Shown piece by piece: positions 12,628 to 23,984 of a stretch of DNA of 64,000 nt (the first letter of the stretch is position 1; each line of letters opens with the position of its first letter). A model generated the notes under the pieces. That model ran no database searches and was not told where the DNA came from. It saw only the letters and a program-made list of their open reading frames with translations. Position numbers and translations under genes: made by a program. This stretch comes from Takakia lepidozioides (lineage: Eukaryota > Plantae > Bryophyta), in assembly GCA_030704615.1 (NCBI GenBank), contig CM060732.1:67270001-67334000 (forward strand), given 5' to 3'.

Positions 12628-12885
12628 TTGGGATAGTGGCAGTGGACATGACTGGAGGCAGCTAACAAGACATGGGAGGCCAAGCTCATAGGAGTCAATA
12701 CACGAGATCCCAAGCTCAAGTTCACAGGTTGCAAGACGGCGACTAACGATGGGGCAACTCTTGCACCCGGCCTCTTGATCTATCGAGTTTGAGTGTAGTA
12801 GGGATAGTGGTGGAGGACTTAGTGAGGCTATGGTCACTATCACATCTTGTGGCTACCTAGACTTAGAGGGACCTAAGCACCAGCT

Positions 12886-12895
12886 AGGGGGGCGA
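12886..12895 (+). promoter_or_regulatory. Polypurine tract
   Basis: G-run (aggggggcga) immediately before the TG that starts block B1 at 12897. Confidence 0.75.
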
Positions 12896-12896
12896 T

Positions 12897-13592
12897 TGTG
12901 TGGACTAGTGACTGCCATAGTGGGCAGCATAGTGGCAGCCTAGTGACTGACTAGTTGTAGCCTAGTGGTTGGACTAGTGGCTGGACTAGTGGTATACTAG
13001 TGTGTGGTGTGCACATATGTTGTGTGGTTTTGGACAGCGATGTAGTTGTGTAGCGATATGTATGCGCACGATAACTGTCAAGTTATTTTACCACTAGTGT
13101 GAAACTAGCTAGGAAATAGCTAGCTTTTACATATTGACATTTGGGATTGGCCCAAGTGTCAATCCAGGGATCAAGACAGATTTAGGCCCTGGAGTGGTTA
13201 TCTTCACAGCAAGCACGGGAAGCTCATATTTCTCGAGTTGAGCCTCACCGCGCCTAGCTATGGCGCCGTAGTGTGGATTCCCCATGGCGTGGGGTGCACT
13301 TTGGCTTGACTTGTATTTGAGTGATGAGGTTATATATGCATGAGTTTATGCTTCAGCTTTGTGAGCTCGCATGAGCTTGTGTTTGTATTCTTCTTCTTTA
13401 TCATTGTGTGGACTAGTGACTGCCATAGTGGGCAGCATAGTGGTAGCCTAATGACTGACTAGTTGTAGCCTAGTGGTTGGACTAGTGGTTGGACTAGTGG
13501 TGGACTAGTGGTATACTAGTGTGTGGTGTGCACATATGTTGTGTGGTTTTGGACAGCGATGTAGTTGTGTAGCGATATGTATGCGCACGACA
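12897..13592 (+). repeat. 3' terminal repeat complex B1 (12897-13073) - A2 (13076-13403) - B2 (13405-13592)
   Basis: tgtgtggactagtgactgcc...gcacga(t/c)a occurs twice around a copy of A1. B2 has one extra ggactagtgg unit. Confidence 0.95.
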
Positions 13593-13864
13593 ACTCTATT
13601 ATGCCCTTGTGGGCACACTGGGTACATGGGCACTCATGGGCAGTGTTTTTTTTTTCACTTTTCCAAAATCGCCATAAAGGCTACATGTAAATTCTATCCA
13701 GTGCCCATGGAGGTTGGGTAGCGTGTGACCATGCTCACGCCTGTGTGAGCACAAGGCATATTTTCCAAATTTCTATGAAAATTGGTGAAACTAACAATTA
13801 TGCGAAACTAACACATAAAAAACAAGTAGCCCATACCTGATGAACATGTTACCCTATAGGCATG

Positions 13865-14090
13865 GTTTTTTCTCAATGCGAAACCCACCGCTGCTTAGGT
13901 TTGTGCCCATATCACATATCATTTCTCAATGCGAAATTCAGTTTGTGCCCATAACACATATCATTTCCCATTGCGGAATTAACCTAAACTATCATTTCTC
14001 ACTGCGAAATTCACCGAAACTATCATTTCTCAATGTAAAATTCAGTTTGTGCCCATAGCACATATCATTTCTCAATGCGAAATTCACCGC
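13865..14090. repeat. Short tandem array of catttctcaatgcgaaattca-like units
   Basis: About 6 degenerate copies interleaved with tttgtgcccat. Confidence 0.75.
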
Positions 14091-17000
14091 CACCGCTATA
14101 GATTTAGGGTTTCTGGGTACACTACTGAAGGTTTCGTCTCGCTGAATCGGCGCAGATGTACCGTACAAATGCACCAAAAACTATACCCACTTATGGTGTT
14201 ATTCCGTTTTGAAAACATATAACTCCTATGACCAAGGTTTAAAAACATAAAACTCCCATGACCGTGGGTTGTGCTCACAGGATACCAACCCCCGTGCCCA
14301 TGTGGCGAGAATAATAAGGTGACAGGGTTAACATGTGTCATATTTTGACAGGTCCACGTAGGAAAAATTCTGGCTCCTGATATTTAACCATTGGTGCTTT
14401 CTGGCGAATTTTTCGATTTTTACTCCCAAAATTTCTTTATAAAAGTAGCCGACCCATTTTCCAGGTCGAAATCTAGCGACTTTTTTGCCAGATTTAAAAA
14501 CACTCATGGGTGCTAAACTGTCCAATTTCATGTGCACATTTGGACTTGGGACCCGCATCCAAATTTTATCTTGAATCAAGATCCAAAGCTATTTCCTAAA
14601 TTTAATTAATTAATAGGTGATCAACCCTAAATTGGTGACCGACTCTAAATAGACAATCCTAAAGTAATCTATTTTGATCTGAAACGATCTATTAACATCT
14701 ATATATATTATCGGGCTATTACGCAAGAGGGCTATGATATGGATAATCATGTATGCTCTGGGGTTTAGGCACATGGATCCTAAACCCTACACCCAACGCA
14801 TTAGGTTCTGATAAATGGCAGTGATGAAACACGACATGTCCATGAGACAATCCTACATGATATTGTTCCAAGTGAAGTATTGAGTTTCGAACCGGATCTC
14901 GAAGTCTCCTTTTGTTTTTTGTTTTTGTTTTGTTTTTGTTTTTGTTTTTAATTAAACCTAGGACTAAGGCCCTGGTTATTTTATTCAATTTCAAAAAGGC
15001 AGAACCGAAGGTTCGAGAAGTACAAGAGGAAAAAATAACCTCTGTCGTGAGTGCCATGGAGGCTGACCCAGGAAGACAGCTTCGTGACCAAATCGTCTAG
15101 AGAGGGGTGCGGGGAGGAGCCTAACGGAAGCAAGAACTCTGGGAGGCGCGAACTGCCACCTACCTAGAAATAGAACAAGAAAGAGCAAAACGTGGGGCCC
15201 AAAGCCTAAGAAAGGTGCAGGGGAGGTGGGGAGAAGAGGGGGTGCCAAGGCTGGCTGCCAGAACTCCCAGCCAAAGGCAGGGCAAAACTCACAAATCCAG
15301 GCAGAATCAGAACTAAGAGGCCAGTGCCAAGAATGGCTGCCATAACTCTTGTCCAAGGCAGAATATAACTATCCCCGCTGGCTGCAAAAACTCACAGCTC
15401 TAGGCAGAACACTACTGAGAGGCCAGTGACCCAAGAAGCCAGAGTTAAGCTTTTACAAGGAAAAAACCGCCAACGTAACTGGGAACCAGAATTAGCAGAA
15501 CCAAGACATTAATTCAGACTGCCAAAAGACAGCGCTTTTGCTTTGCCCTTCTTATAGGATTTGCAATGGCGCCAATTCACTTCAGGCTCATCACCCCCCA
15601 AGGGGTAGCGCATGGAACTAAATGAGCTGCCACTCTGGCGGGATCTTGTCGTTCCACCGCACCCTTGATTCGGAAATTCTGGTGCAGATCCGCCCACCTC
15701 TGCCCCAAGATTGGTCAAAGTCTTGGAGGAGCTTGATGGCTTTATTTTCCGCACATCTGGAAAGAGCTGCCCCCAACACAAGCCACGCCTTATGAGCCTC
15801 AGAGAAGAGGTGAGCTTTAAAAAGGACAACCCTAACTCAAATAGCTTACCCGTGAAAATTAAGGCACATCTGGCTTTCCAGATATTCCACAGCGTGTGCG
15901 CACGAAGCACCGCCCAAACAGGGCAGACTGGCCACACCCCACAAGCATTAAAATTCAGCAGCAAAATAGAAGCTGCATCTGCAGGGACTAAGTTCCAAAG
16001 AGCATAATAACGAATGACTTTGGACCAGACAAGGTGTGCGAGAGGGCAAGACACTAAACAATGCTCCAAAGATTCAGGCAACCCCAACAAACAGGAGCTA
16101 CAACCAGAAGGAGCATCTGGAAAACAGGTCTTTACAGGGAGAATCCGATTAACCAATTTCTAGAGAAAGCCTGAGATCTTCGCAGCCCTGTCCTTCCGCC
16201 ACACATCCTTCCAGCTGCATTTCCAAATAATGGGGGTAATCGGCAAGTGAGCCCACTTTCTAGTCCATTTAAGGTCCATTGATACCTTTGGGTTCAGCAA
16301 GGAATAGCCAAGCTTTACAGAGAATGCGAAAAAAAAAAAAAAAACAACCTGTTCTGCCAGATCCATTCGCCAGGATCAAATTGAAGCATGGCCAGAGGGG
16401 CCAGCAAGAACCACATGAAAAAAGGGTTCGTATGACAGCCGTTGTCAGCAGATGGATTCACCACCCCAGTTGTCATGCAAACAATGCGAATAGCATAGCA
16501 TGAGATCTCCGGTACGGTAACCATAATGGGAGAATGCAGGTAACCAGAGTCTAAAGTTCGAAATTGCCAACCAGAAACCCAGGAGCCAGATCTAGTTAAG
16601 GCAAAAAAGACCACTTTCAATTCACCAGAGTGGAGCCCAAGCCAGGCTCTCAAGGAAATCCAAGAGGGAGGGAGGTCCGCAGTCACTGTCTCCCACCCAG
16701 CTCTCAATCTACTTCGCGAGAGCGAGTCCTCAGCTGTCTCTGCAGGAATGAGAACTCCATTTTCCCACACATGGAAGAAGTTGGAGATACCCGAAGCTTC
16801 CCAATGGGCCCAACGAGAAGAACATCTAACCAGCACCTCCGAATCTCGGTTATAATTAGCGAATAATGGCTGCCTGAGCATTTCTTCAGGAGTCCGAGGC
16901 ATAATTTGGGAGAGGTGTTCCCTCATGGCCTCCCAAGCTTGCCAAATTGATCCCCAAGCTGCGGAGCCCGAGAGAGTTTTGGAGTTGGAAGAACCCCCTT

Positions 17001-17155
17001 GCACTGTCCATCTGAGGGAGGGCGGCCAGATCGACGCTGGAGCCGGGCGAGCTTGAACCAGGTGATGACGGACCAGGAGATTCCAAGGAGATAACGAATG
17101 CTTGAAAATTCTAGGAATCCACTTAGCAAGCAAAGCTGAGATCTGGGACTGTGGG

Positions 17156-18782
17156 GGGGATTGCTAGTCCGTGAGCGGAAAGATGCTCACGTAATAGGGT
17201 GCATGGGCCTACAATCGCGGATGAGGAAGCCCCGGGAGACCTATTTCCGCGGGAATGAGTGTACATATCATGCGTACTTGGATGAATGTTGGATGAATAA
17301 TTCAGGAATGGTTGAATGCGAGATGGCTAATGGATAGACATATGCTTCGCAATGCATGAACAATGGATGAGTGGATGGTTAAAGACTAGATGTATTATCG
17401 AGGTTCATCGCTCAGGTACTTCCCCGGAATGAGGATATGGTAGATGTATCTGAACCATACATTCAGAAAACACAGATGCAACAGGTGCTTGTTAACTCCC
17501 ATTAAACCCCCTTGTAATCAATATCGCATTGATGCAAGGTTGATCCCTGAACTTCCCAAAAGACTAGAAGACACGAAACACTAAGCAAGACGAAGATTAT
17601 CTCCCGAAAGAGGCGATTGAAATCCATAGCATAATCAAGGTTGCGTTAATGCAACCTTGGTTGTGTCCCATACAAAATGCAAAAAACAGTGCAAAAATGA
17701 TGCTTTCATTTCTCAAATCAAGGTTGCGTCAGGTTGATTTGCATCTTGCGACTTCAATTTTTATTTTTATTTTTTTGGAAAAAAAGATGCTTTCATTTCT
17801 CAAATCAATTTTGCATTAACGCGAGGTTGATTTGCCCATACAAAATGCAAAAAACAGTGCAAAAAGGATGCTTTCATTTTTCAAATCAAGGTTGCGTCAA
17901 CGCAAGGTTGATTTGCATCCTGCGACTTCAATTTTATTTTTATTTATTTTTGGAAAAAAGATGATTTCATTTCTCAAATCAACCTTGCGTCAACGCAAGG
18001 TTGATTTGCCCATACAAAATGCAAAAAACAGTGCAAAAAAAGATGCTTTCATTTCTCAAATCAAGGTTGCATCAACGCAAGGTTGATTTGCATCCTAGGA
18101 CTTCATTGTTTTTAATTTTTAATTTTTAATATTTGGAAAAAAGATGATTTCATTTCTCAAATCAACCTTGCGTCAACATAAGGTTGATTTGCATCACCCC
18201 CCCCAAAAATAAAATAAAATAAATCGTATGTTGCAAATGAACTTTGCGTTTACGCAACCTTGATTTGAGAAATGAAAGCATCTTTTTTTCAAAAATAAAA
18301 TAAAAAATAAAATAAAATAAAATAAAACACTAAATCATCCACGTCCACTCGGAAATCAACCTCGTGTCGACACAAGGTTGATTTCAAGTCCTCGAAAATC
18401 AATCTCGTGTTAACACAAGGTTGATTTCACGTTCTCCGAAATTAACCTTGTGTTGTTGTCATCCATGGTTCATTCATCCATCTTTTGTCATTCTGCATTC
18501 ATCCTACATTCATCCATTCCACGTAGTCATTCATCCTTAAGAATTTCGCCGCACATTCCTCTCAAATTTTCATGCATAGAACTCGGCGTCTTAGATCCCA
18601 GGCATCGTATGTTACCCTCCGTTCCACTCAACATTGCTACCACGACAATAGGTCCTGCTTTTCCCACGGCTATAGGCTCCGCTTCCCTTATGTGCTCACG
18701 CTTAAGAAATCTGCTCACGCTTAACGAAGTATGCTAACGCTTAGTACGTTAAACGTGAGCGCGCTCAAGCGCTAGCTCCCTC
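17156..18782. mobile_element. Non-autonomous Mutator-like (MULE) insertion in the LINE
   Basis: 9-bp TSD GACTGTGGG at 17147-17155 and 18783-18791; removing the insert restores the LINE reading GGLGIIDPQSQISALLAKW. Degenerate G-starting TIRs (gctag..tgagc..gctcacgt). Confidence 0.8.
17620..18430. repeat. Array of ~32-bp palindromes (aaatcaaccttgcgt-ca-acgcaaggttgattt)
   Basis: About a dozen perfect or degenerate copies separated by A/T-rich spacers. Confidence 0.85.
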
Positions 18783-20712
18783 GACTGTGGGTCAATAATC
18801 CCAAGGCCACCATTGCATTTCTTTTGCGTTAATTGCTGCCAACTTATAAGGCACGCCTGGTCTGCCCCGGGGAAGAAGCCCCCCAAATGAAATTCTGAAT
18901 CAAGGCTTTCATCTGCCTGATAAAGAGCTTCCCATGAGACCATACAGAGGCCAAGAACCAACATGAGGCTTCTAAAACTTGGTTCACAATAAGAGCTCTA
19001 CCAACTATGGAAAGGTGGACTGAGCACCAATAATTTAGTTTACTTCTAAGATGAGCCAAGACAACATCCGCCCTTAGCTGGTCAGAAAGATCATGCCCCA
19101 CAAGATTACCTAGCAAGACATGAGACTGCCCATCTTGAAGCCATGAGAGACCAAGGTCTTCTCCCCAAGGTAGACAATGAGTTGCGCCTCCCGCCTCGTC
19201 TCTCAATTTAGATATAATTCGTTTTGACTCCAGTTAATGTTCAGTCCAGAAGCCATACAGAATTCAAATAAAGAAAGGAGAGTGCCTTGTACATTGGCCT
19301 CGGAGCTATTATCCACCAAAAGAGAAGTGTCATCGGCGTAGAGCAAGGATTTGATACTGTAGTCTGGGATGGAAGGGTGGATGATTCTAAGACCCACCAC
19401 CTCAGGTCTGCTCTGAAGGAGATGACTAAGGCCATCAGCCGCTATAATAAAAAGGAATGGGGAGAGGGGGCAACCCTGACGCACCAAGCGGGAAAGGGGG
19501 AAAGAGGAAGAGATTGACCCGTTCACCAGGACTTTACTGGAGGCTGAGTGGAGAAGGATTCGGATCCAATGAAGGAAATTGCCTTTAATTCCACAGGCTT
19601 GAAGAGCACCTAGCAGATAGCTCCACTCAATGTTATCGAATGCCTTCTCAAAGTCCAGCATCACAAGAGCAAGATGGTGATTAGATTCGTATACAGTGTG
19701 TAGAGCTTCATGCGCAAGAAGGATATTGTCCAAAATCATACGATCTTTGAGAAAACCTGTCTGCTCAGGCCTTATCAACTTGTAGAGAAGCGGCTGCAAC
19801 CTGATGGCTAGAGCTTTAGCTATTATTTTGTAAACTGCATTCAACAAGGTGATCGGCCTATAGTTCAAAATGGAATCGCGGTCGCCCTTCTTGTGGATGA
19901 ATGTAATAACCCCTTGAGAGATCTGAGAGGGCATTATCCCTTTTTGCAAAATGTCTTCAGCGAAGGAGACAAAAGTCATCTCCACACACCGTCCAAATAG
20001 CTTTAAAAAGCTCAACAGGTAACCCATCAATCCCAGGAGACTTGAAAGAGGCCAACTTTGCCAGAGCATCTGAAAGCTCCATGGAGGAAAAGGGGGCAGA
20101 AAGCTTTTCTAGTTCAGCCTCGGTGACCACTGACTTAAACGTAGAAAGTACTTCAACACGAGCTGCCAGATGAGCAGGGGCAGACGGTCGATCAGAGAAC
20201 AAGGAAGCAAAGTGGGAAGCTGCCAATGAAGCCATTTTTTTGGGATTTGACACCTATAACCCCTGCGCATTTTTCAGGGAAGCAATGGTAGTAGTTGCAC
20301 GGCGTTGTTTGGCTTTAAGAAAGAAATACCGAGACACATTTTCCCCCTGCAAAGACCAATTGATGCCAGCCTTTCTTCTCATGTTTTCTTCCTTCGCATG
20401 AGTGAGCTCAGCCAAATTTCTTTTTGCCAAAAGGTAAGAATCCCATGTTTGAGAATAAGCCCAGCCCGATTCCATTACCTTCTGGCATTGAGCTAGGCAT
20501 TTAAGGAGGGTCTTCTCCTTCTTATTTCTGTTCATGGCGAAAGATCTAGAAAGCTCTTGAGCAATTTTTCTGACAGCCTCCAGTTTTTTGAGGAAGCGAA
20601 TCAAGGGAGAGGCGAAGTCCTAACCAGAAGACAGCCAAGCTTTCTTGATGATCTCAAGATACTCGGGGATATCCAGGATGGAGGGGTTTAGTTTGAAAAA
20701 ACCCCTTCCCTT

Positions 20713-21458
20713 GGCAACGACGCAACCGCGTGAGCGTACGCTCACACATTGGTGACGTGGCGTGAGCGTGATGCCAGCAGGTTGCCATGGTGTCGAATGT
20801 TGACGTGGCTCCATGTCAGCATCTGCCACGTCAACCGAAACATACGGCGCCTATACCCGAGGGTCCTATGACCGTGGGATGAATTTAGGGAACATGAAAC
20901 CAAAATACCATCAAGAATACCATCAAAATACCCGAAATGGGAAATACGCCTAAAACTGTGGCAATCATTCCACAACATTCTGCAATTACAATTGTAAGTT
21001 TTACAATAATAATTACAATGAGGACAAAATATCCTCATAAGGCTCCATTGAGGCTAACCAAGGAAGACCCTATTTCCTCCCAAAATAACAAAGAGAAGAG
21101 GGATCACGGTATCAAAAAGAAGCCTGCAGTACATAGCGACACAAAAGAGACCAGAGCAATTATTTTTAGGAACAATATGGAAATTAAAAAAAAAAAAAAA
21201 AGAAAGAGCAGAAGTGATTGTCGGCACCGATCATCACTTTGCCCTGTTTTTTTCTTTTTTCTTAAAACAAAAGGGGAAAAAAAACAAAAAAAAAAAACAA
21301 AAACAGAAGTGATTGTCGGTACCGATCATCACTTGTCGGTGCCGACAATCACTTCTGCTCTGCTCTGTTTTTTGTTTTTTTTTTCTACGTATTGTTCCCA
21401 AGGAAAACAAATAAACAGAGCAGAAGTGATTGTTGGTGCCGACAATCACTTCTCCTCT

Positions 21459-21490
<32 letters not shown>

Positions 21491-22135
21491 CCTTTAAAAA
21501 AATAAATAATGTTTCCCTATAATTTAAAAAAAAACAGAAAACAAAAAACAAAAACAGAGCAGAAGTGATTCTCGAAACCAAAATAAAAATAAAAATAAAA
21601 TGAAATAATCACTTATGATGATCGGCACCGACAATCACTTCTGCTTTGCTCTGTTTTTTCTTTTCTTTCTTTTTTTCTTCTCCGTATTGTTCCCAAGAAG
21701 AAGAAAAAAACAGAGCAGAAGTGATTGTCGGTGCCGACAATCACTTTTGTTTTGTTTTGTTTTTTGTTTTGTTTTGTTTTTTTTCTTTTCCTTCTCCGTA
21801 TTGTTCCCAAAAAAAAGAAAAAACAGAGCAAAAGTGATTGTCGGTGCCGACAATCACTTCTGATGATCAGCACTGACAATCACTTCTGCTTTGTTTTGTT
21901 TTTTGTTTTTTTTTTGTTTTTCTCTCATTCTCCGTATTGTCAAAAAAAAAAAAAAACGGAGCAGAAGTGATTGTCGGTGCCAACAATCACATCTGCTTTG
22001 CTCTAACAAGTTGAGACACGCTTCTTTGTGCCGCAGCTCCGCTTTGGACAACCGCACTGCATTGCTTCACTGATGCAAACATAGAGCAGAGCAGAAGTGA
22101 TTGTCGGTGCCGATCATCACTTGTATTCTGTTCTG

Positions 22136-22167
<32 letters not shown>

Positions 22168-22890
22168 TTCTTGTTTTTGTTGCATATTATTAAAAGAAAT
22201 AAATAAATAAACAGAAGTGATGATCGGTGCCGATCATCACTTCTGATCTGTTTTGGCATTTGGGTAGAGGTGATGATCGTCGACGATCATCACTTCTGTT
22301 TGATACTTAATACTTGATTTCCAAATATGCAAGGGCTTAGTATGTAGACCATATATAAATCAGTCTATTCCATCTGGGCGATTTTTACGTAAGAAAGCCT
22401 CAATTCCACTCCGGCTAACTTTGATGGTTGGGGATCTGCACTGGGAACTGCTACCACACCTTGTTATTGTTTGATACAAAAGCATATTGAAACTAGCACG
22501 CTCATTCTCATTTTTATGGGAGGGATAAAGGTCTCACTTCGGCAATCGCACACTTATCAAATCGCAGTTTATGACACGAGGGGCGGCGGTGGGATGGATA
22601 TTAAAGATGCAGTCTGCAATGACTGGAAAAGATAAATCATTCCGCGGAAACAGGTACCTACCTCACGCCTTGGGCTCACGATCTAGCATTCCCCCCTTCC
22701 ACCTGTTCTGTCCGCGGTTATAGGTCCATGCCTATGGAAATGACGTGGCATGACGTGACGTTGCGTCAACTACATTGGCGAGGACTGCTGACGTGCCGTA
22801 ACACCCGTGAACCAATGTGGCGAGAACTGTTGACATGGCGTGAGCCTGACTGCGCTCACGTGCTCACACGCTCACGCGGCCAGGCTCTCG
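20713..22890. mobile_element. Second non-autonomous TIR element inserted in the LINE between endonuclease and RT
   Basis: Inverted ends: ccgcgtgagcgt near 20726 versus acgctcacgcgg near 22868, and cctatgaccgtgg near 20865 versus ccgcggttatagg near 22712. 22630-22697 is the reverse complement of the left end of the 17156 element. No clean TSD seen. Confidence 0.65.
21205..22300. repeat. Array of ~32-bp palindromes (agaagtgattgtcgg-ca/tg-ccgacaatcacttct) with poly-A/T spacers
   Basis: About 12 copies visible; spacers are low-complexity and related to each other. Confidence 0.9.
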
Positions 22891-23984
22891 CGGAGGCATT
22901 CCCCAGGGTGAAAGCTTCACCCAGATTGCAGGGGTGGGAGAGCAGTATATACGATCCAGACGGGCCATACAGAGGTCAGGCGGAGTGCGGTTATTGGACC
23001 AGGTGAAAAGCAAGTCGTTCTGAAAATGGATAAAGGAATCATACATCCCCACCGCAAAGCACAAAGCATTCCAGGCATCAGATTCATCCGAGGACAAGGT
23101 ATGAGAAGTTAAACCAAGCCTATCAAAGAATTTTCAACTATATTCAAATCACCAGCTATAATCCAATGGGGTACGTTAGGGTGAGCCTGTATCTTGAGCC
23201 GAAGGAAAGTCCAAAATTCAATTCTTTCTACGACATAATTGGGGGCATAAAGGTTCACAAAAGCGCATGCCTCAAAAGCAGAATTGAGCGAGGAAAAAAC
23301 AACTTGAATTCTTCCTTGCATCCAAGAATCAACAGAAGAGAAGAAAGAAGTCAAAGAGGGAGAGATCAAAATAGCTGTACCCCCTCTTGAGTCCACAAGG
23401 GTTCCACCAAGCTGCATTGCTAGGCCAAAAGGAATAGCCTAAAGCCTGGATTTTAGCTGCATGTAGCTTATGCTCCTGCAAGAAGATAATAGAATTAGAG
23501 AACCTAAAGTCCCCGGCCCACTGCTGTAACCTTCACCTCTTAGGCATAGAGGCATCAGATCCAATGCCTCTTATATTCCATGAGGTAAGCGTAAAATTCA
23601 TGGAGCGAATTCTTGGAAGCCCATGGCATATCCATGACTTGATGGCTTGGGTAACAAGAAGAGCAGCAGATGAACAGGTTGGTCAGGCTGGTCATGTAAA
23701 GTTGGCAATTCCCTTGTGGCCTAGCGGATCGCATGTGAGCCTAACCAGAAAAAACGGATCCCCCAAAGGCTTGGAGCTGGAGAAGGATAGATCAAAAGTG
23801 TTCGGACATCCCTATAGCAGTAGGGCTTAAATCTGAGAAGATTGGCCAACTTGCCATCACTTAGAGATTCTGCCATTAATCTGGATAACCAGGGTCCACA
23901 TGATGATAGCCCTTCCATTTCACGAGATACTCCGTTTCTCGATTCTTGAACCTCCTCGACTTAAGCACTGCCTCCACCTCGTAC

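Larger units (their letters stand above)
2934..13592 (+). mobile_element. Ty3/gypsy-type retrotransposon, order gag-PR-DNMT-RT-RNaseH-INT-PHD, with split terminal repeats; degenerate copy
   Basis: Starts TGTC and ends GACA, flanked by ACTC on both sides (2930-2933, 13593-13596). Contains zinc knuckles, LLDSGA protease, RT, RNase H, DDE integrase, a polypurine tract and repeated terminal blocks. Confidence 0.92.
14911..23600 (-). mobile_element. L1-clade LINE (APE endonuclease - RT - zf-RVT), interrupted by two insertions
   Basis: Endonuclease motifs SWNIRG, FLQEHKL, GGTAILIS, NLYAPN, IAGDLN and RLDRIY (22900-23590). RT motifs KSPGIDG, NYRPITLLN, LDFEKAFD, VRQGCPLSP and YADD (19200-20070). 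GGLG (18800). zf-RVT CSSC..ESLEHCLVSC (~16050-16110). (AAAAAC)n-like tail at 14911-14950. Confidence 0.92.

Noticed and set aside
2934-13592. DIRS/PAT/Ngaro tyrosine-recombinase element, suggested by the split repeats
   Set aside because: No tyrosine-recombinase motifs were found; the element has a protease, a DDE integrase and a PPT typical of Ty3/gypsy.
20937-22259. Many Lys/Phe-rich ORFs
   Set aside because: Artefacts of poly-A/T and palindrome repeats.
21205-22300. CRISPR array
   Set aside because: Spacers are low-complexity, variable in length and related to each other; there are no cas genes; the context is eukaryotic and inside a TIR element.
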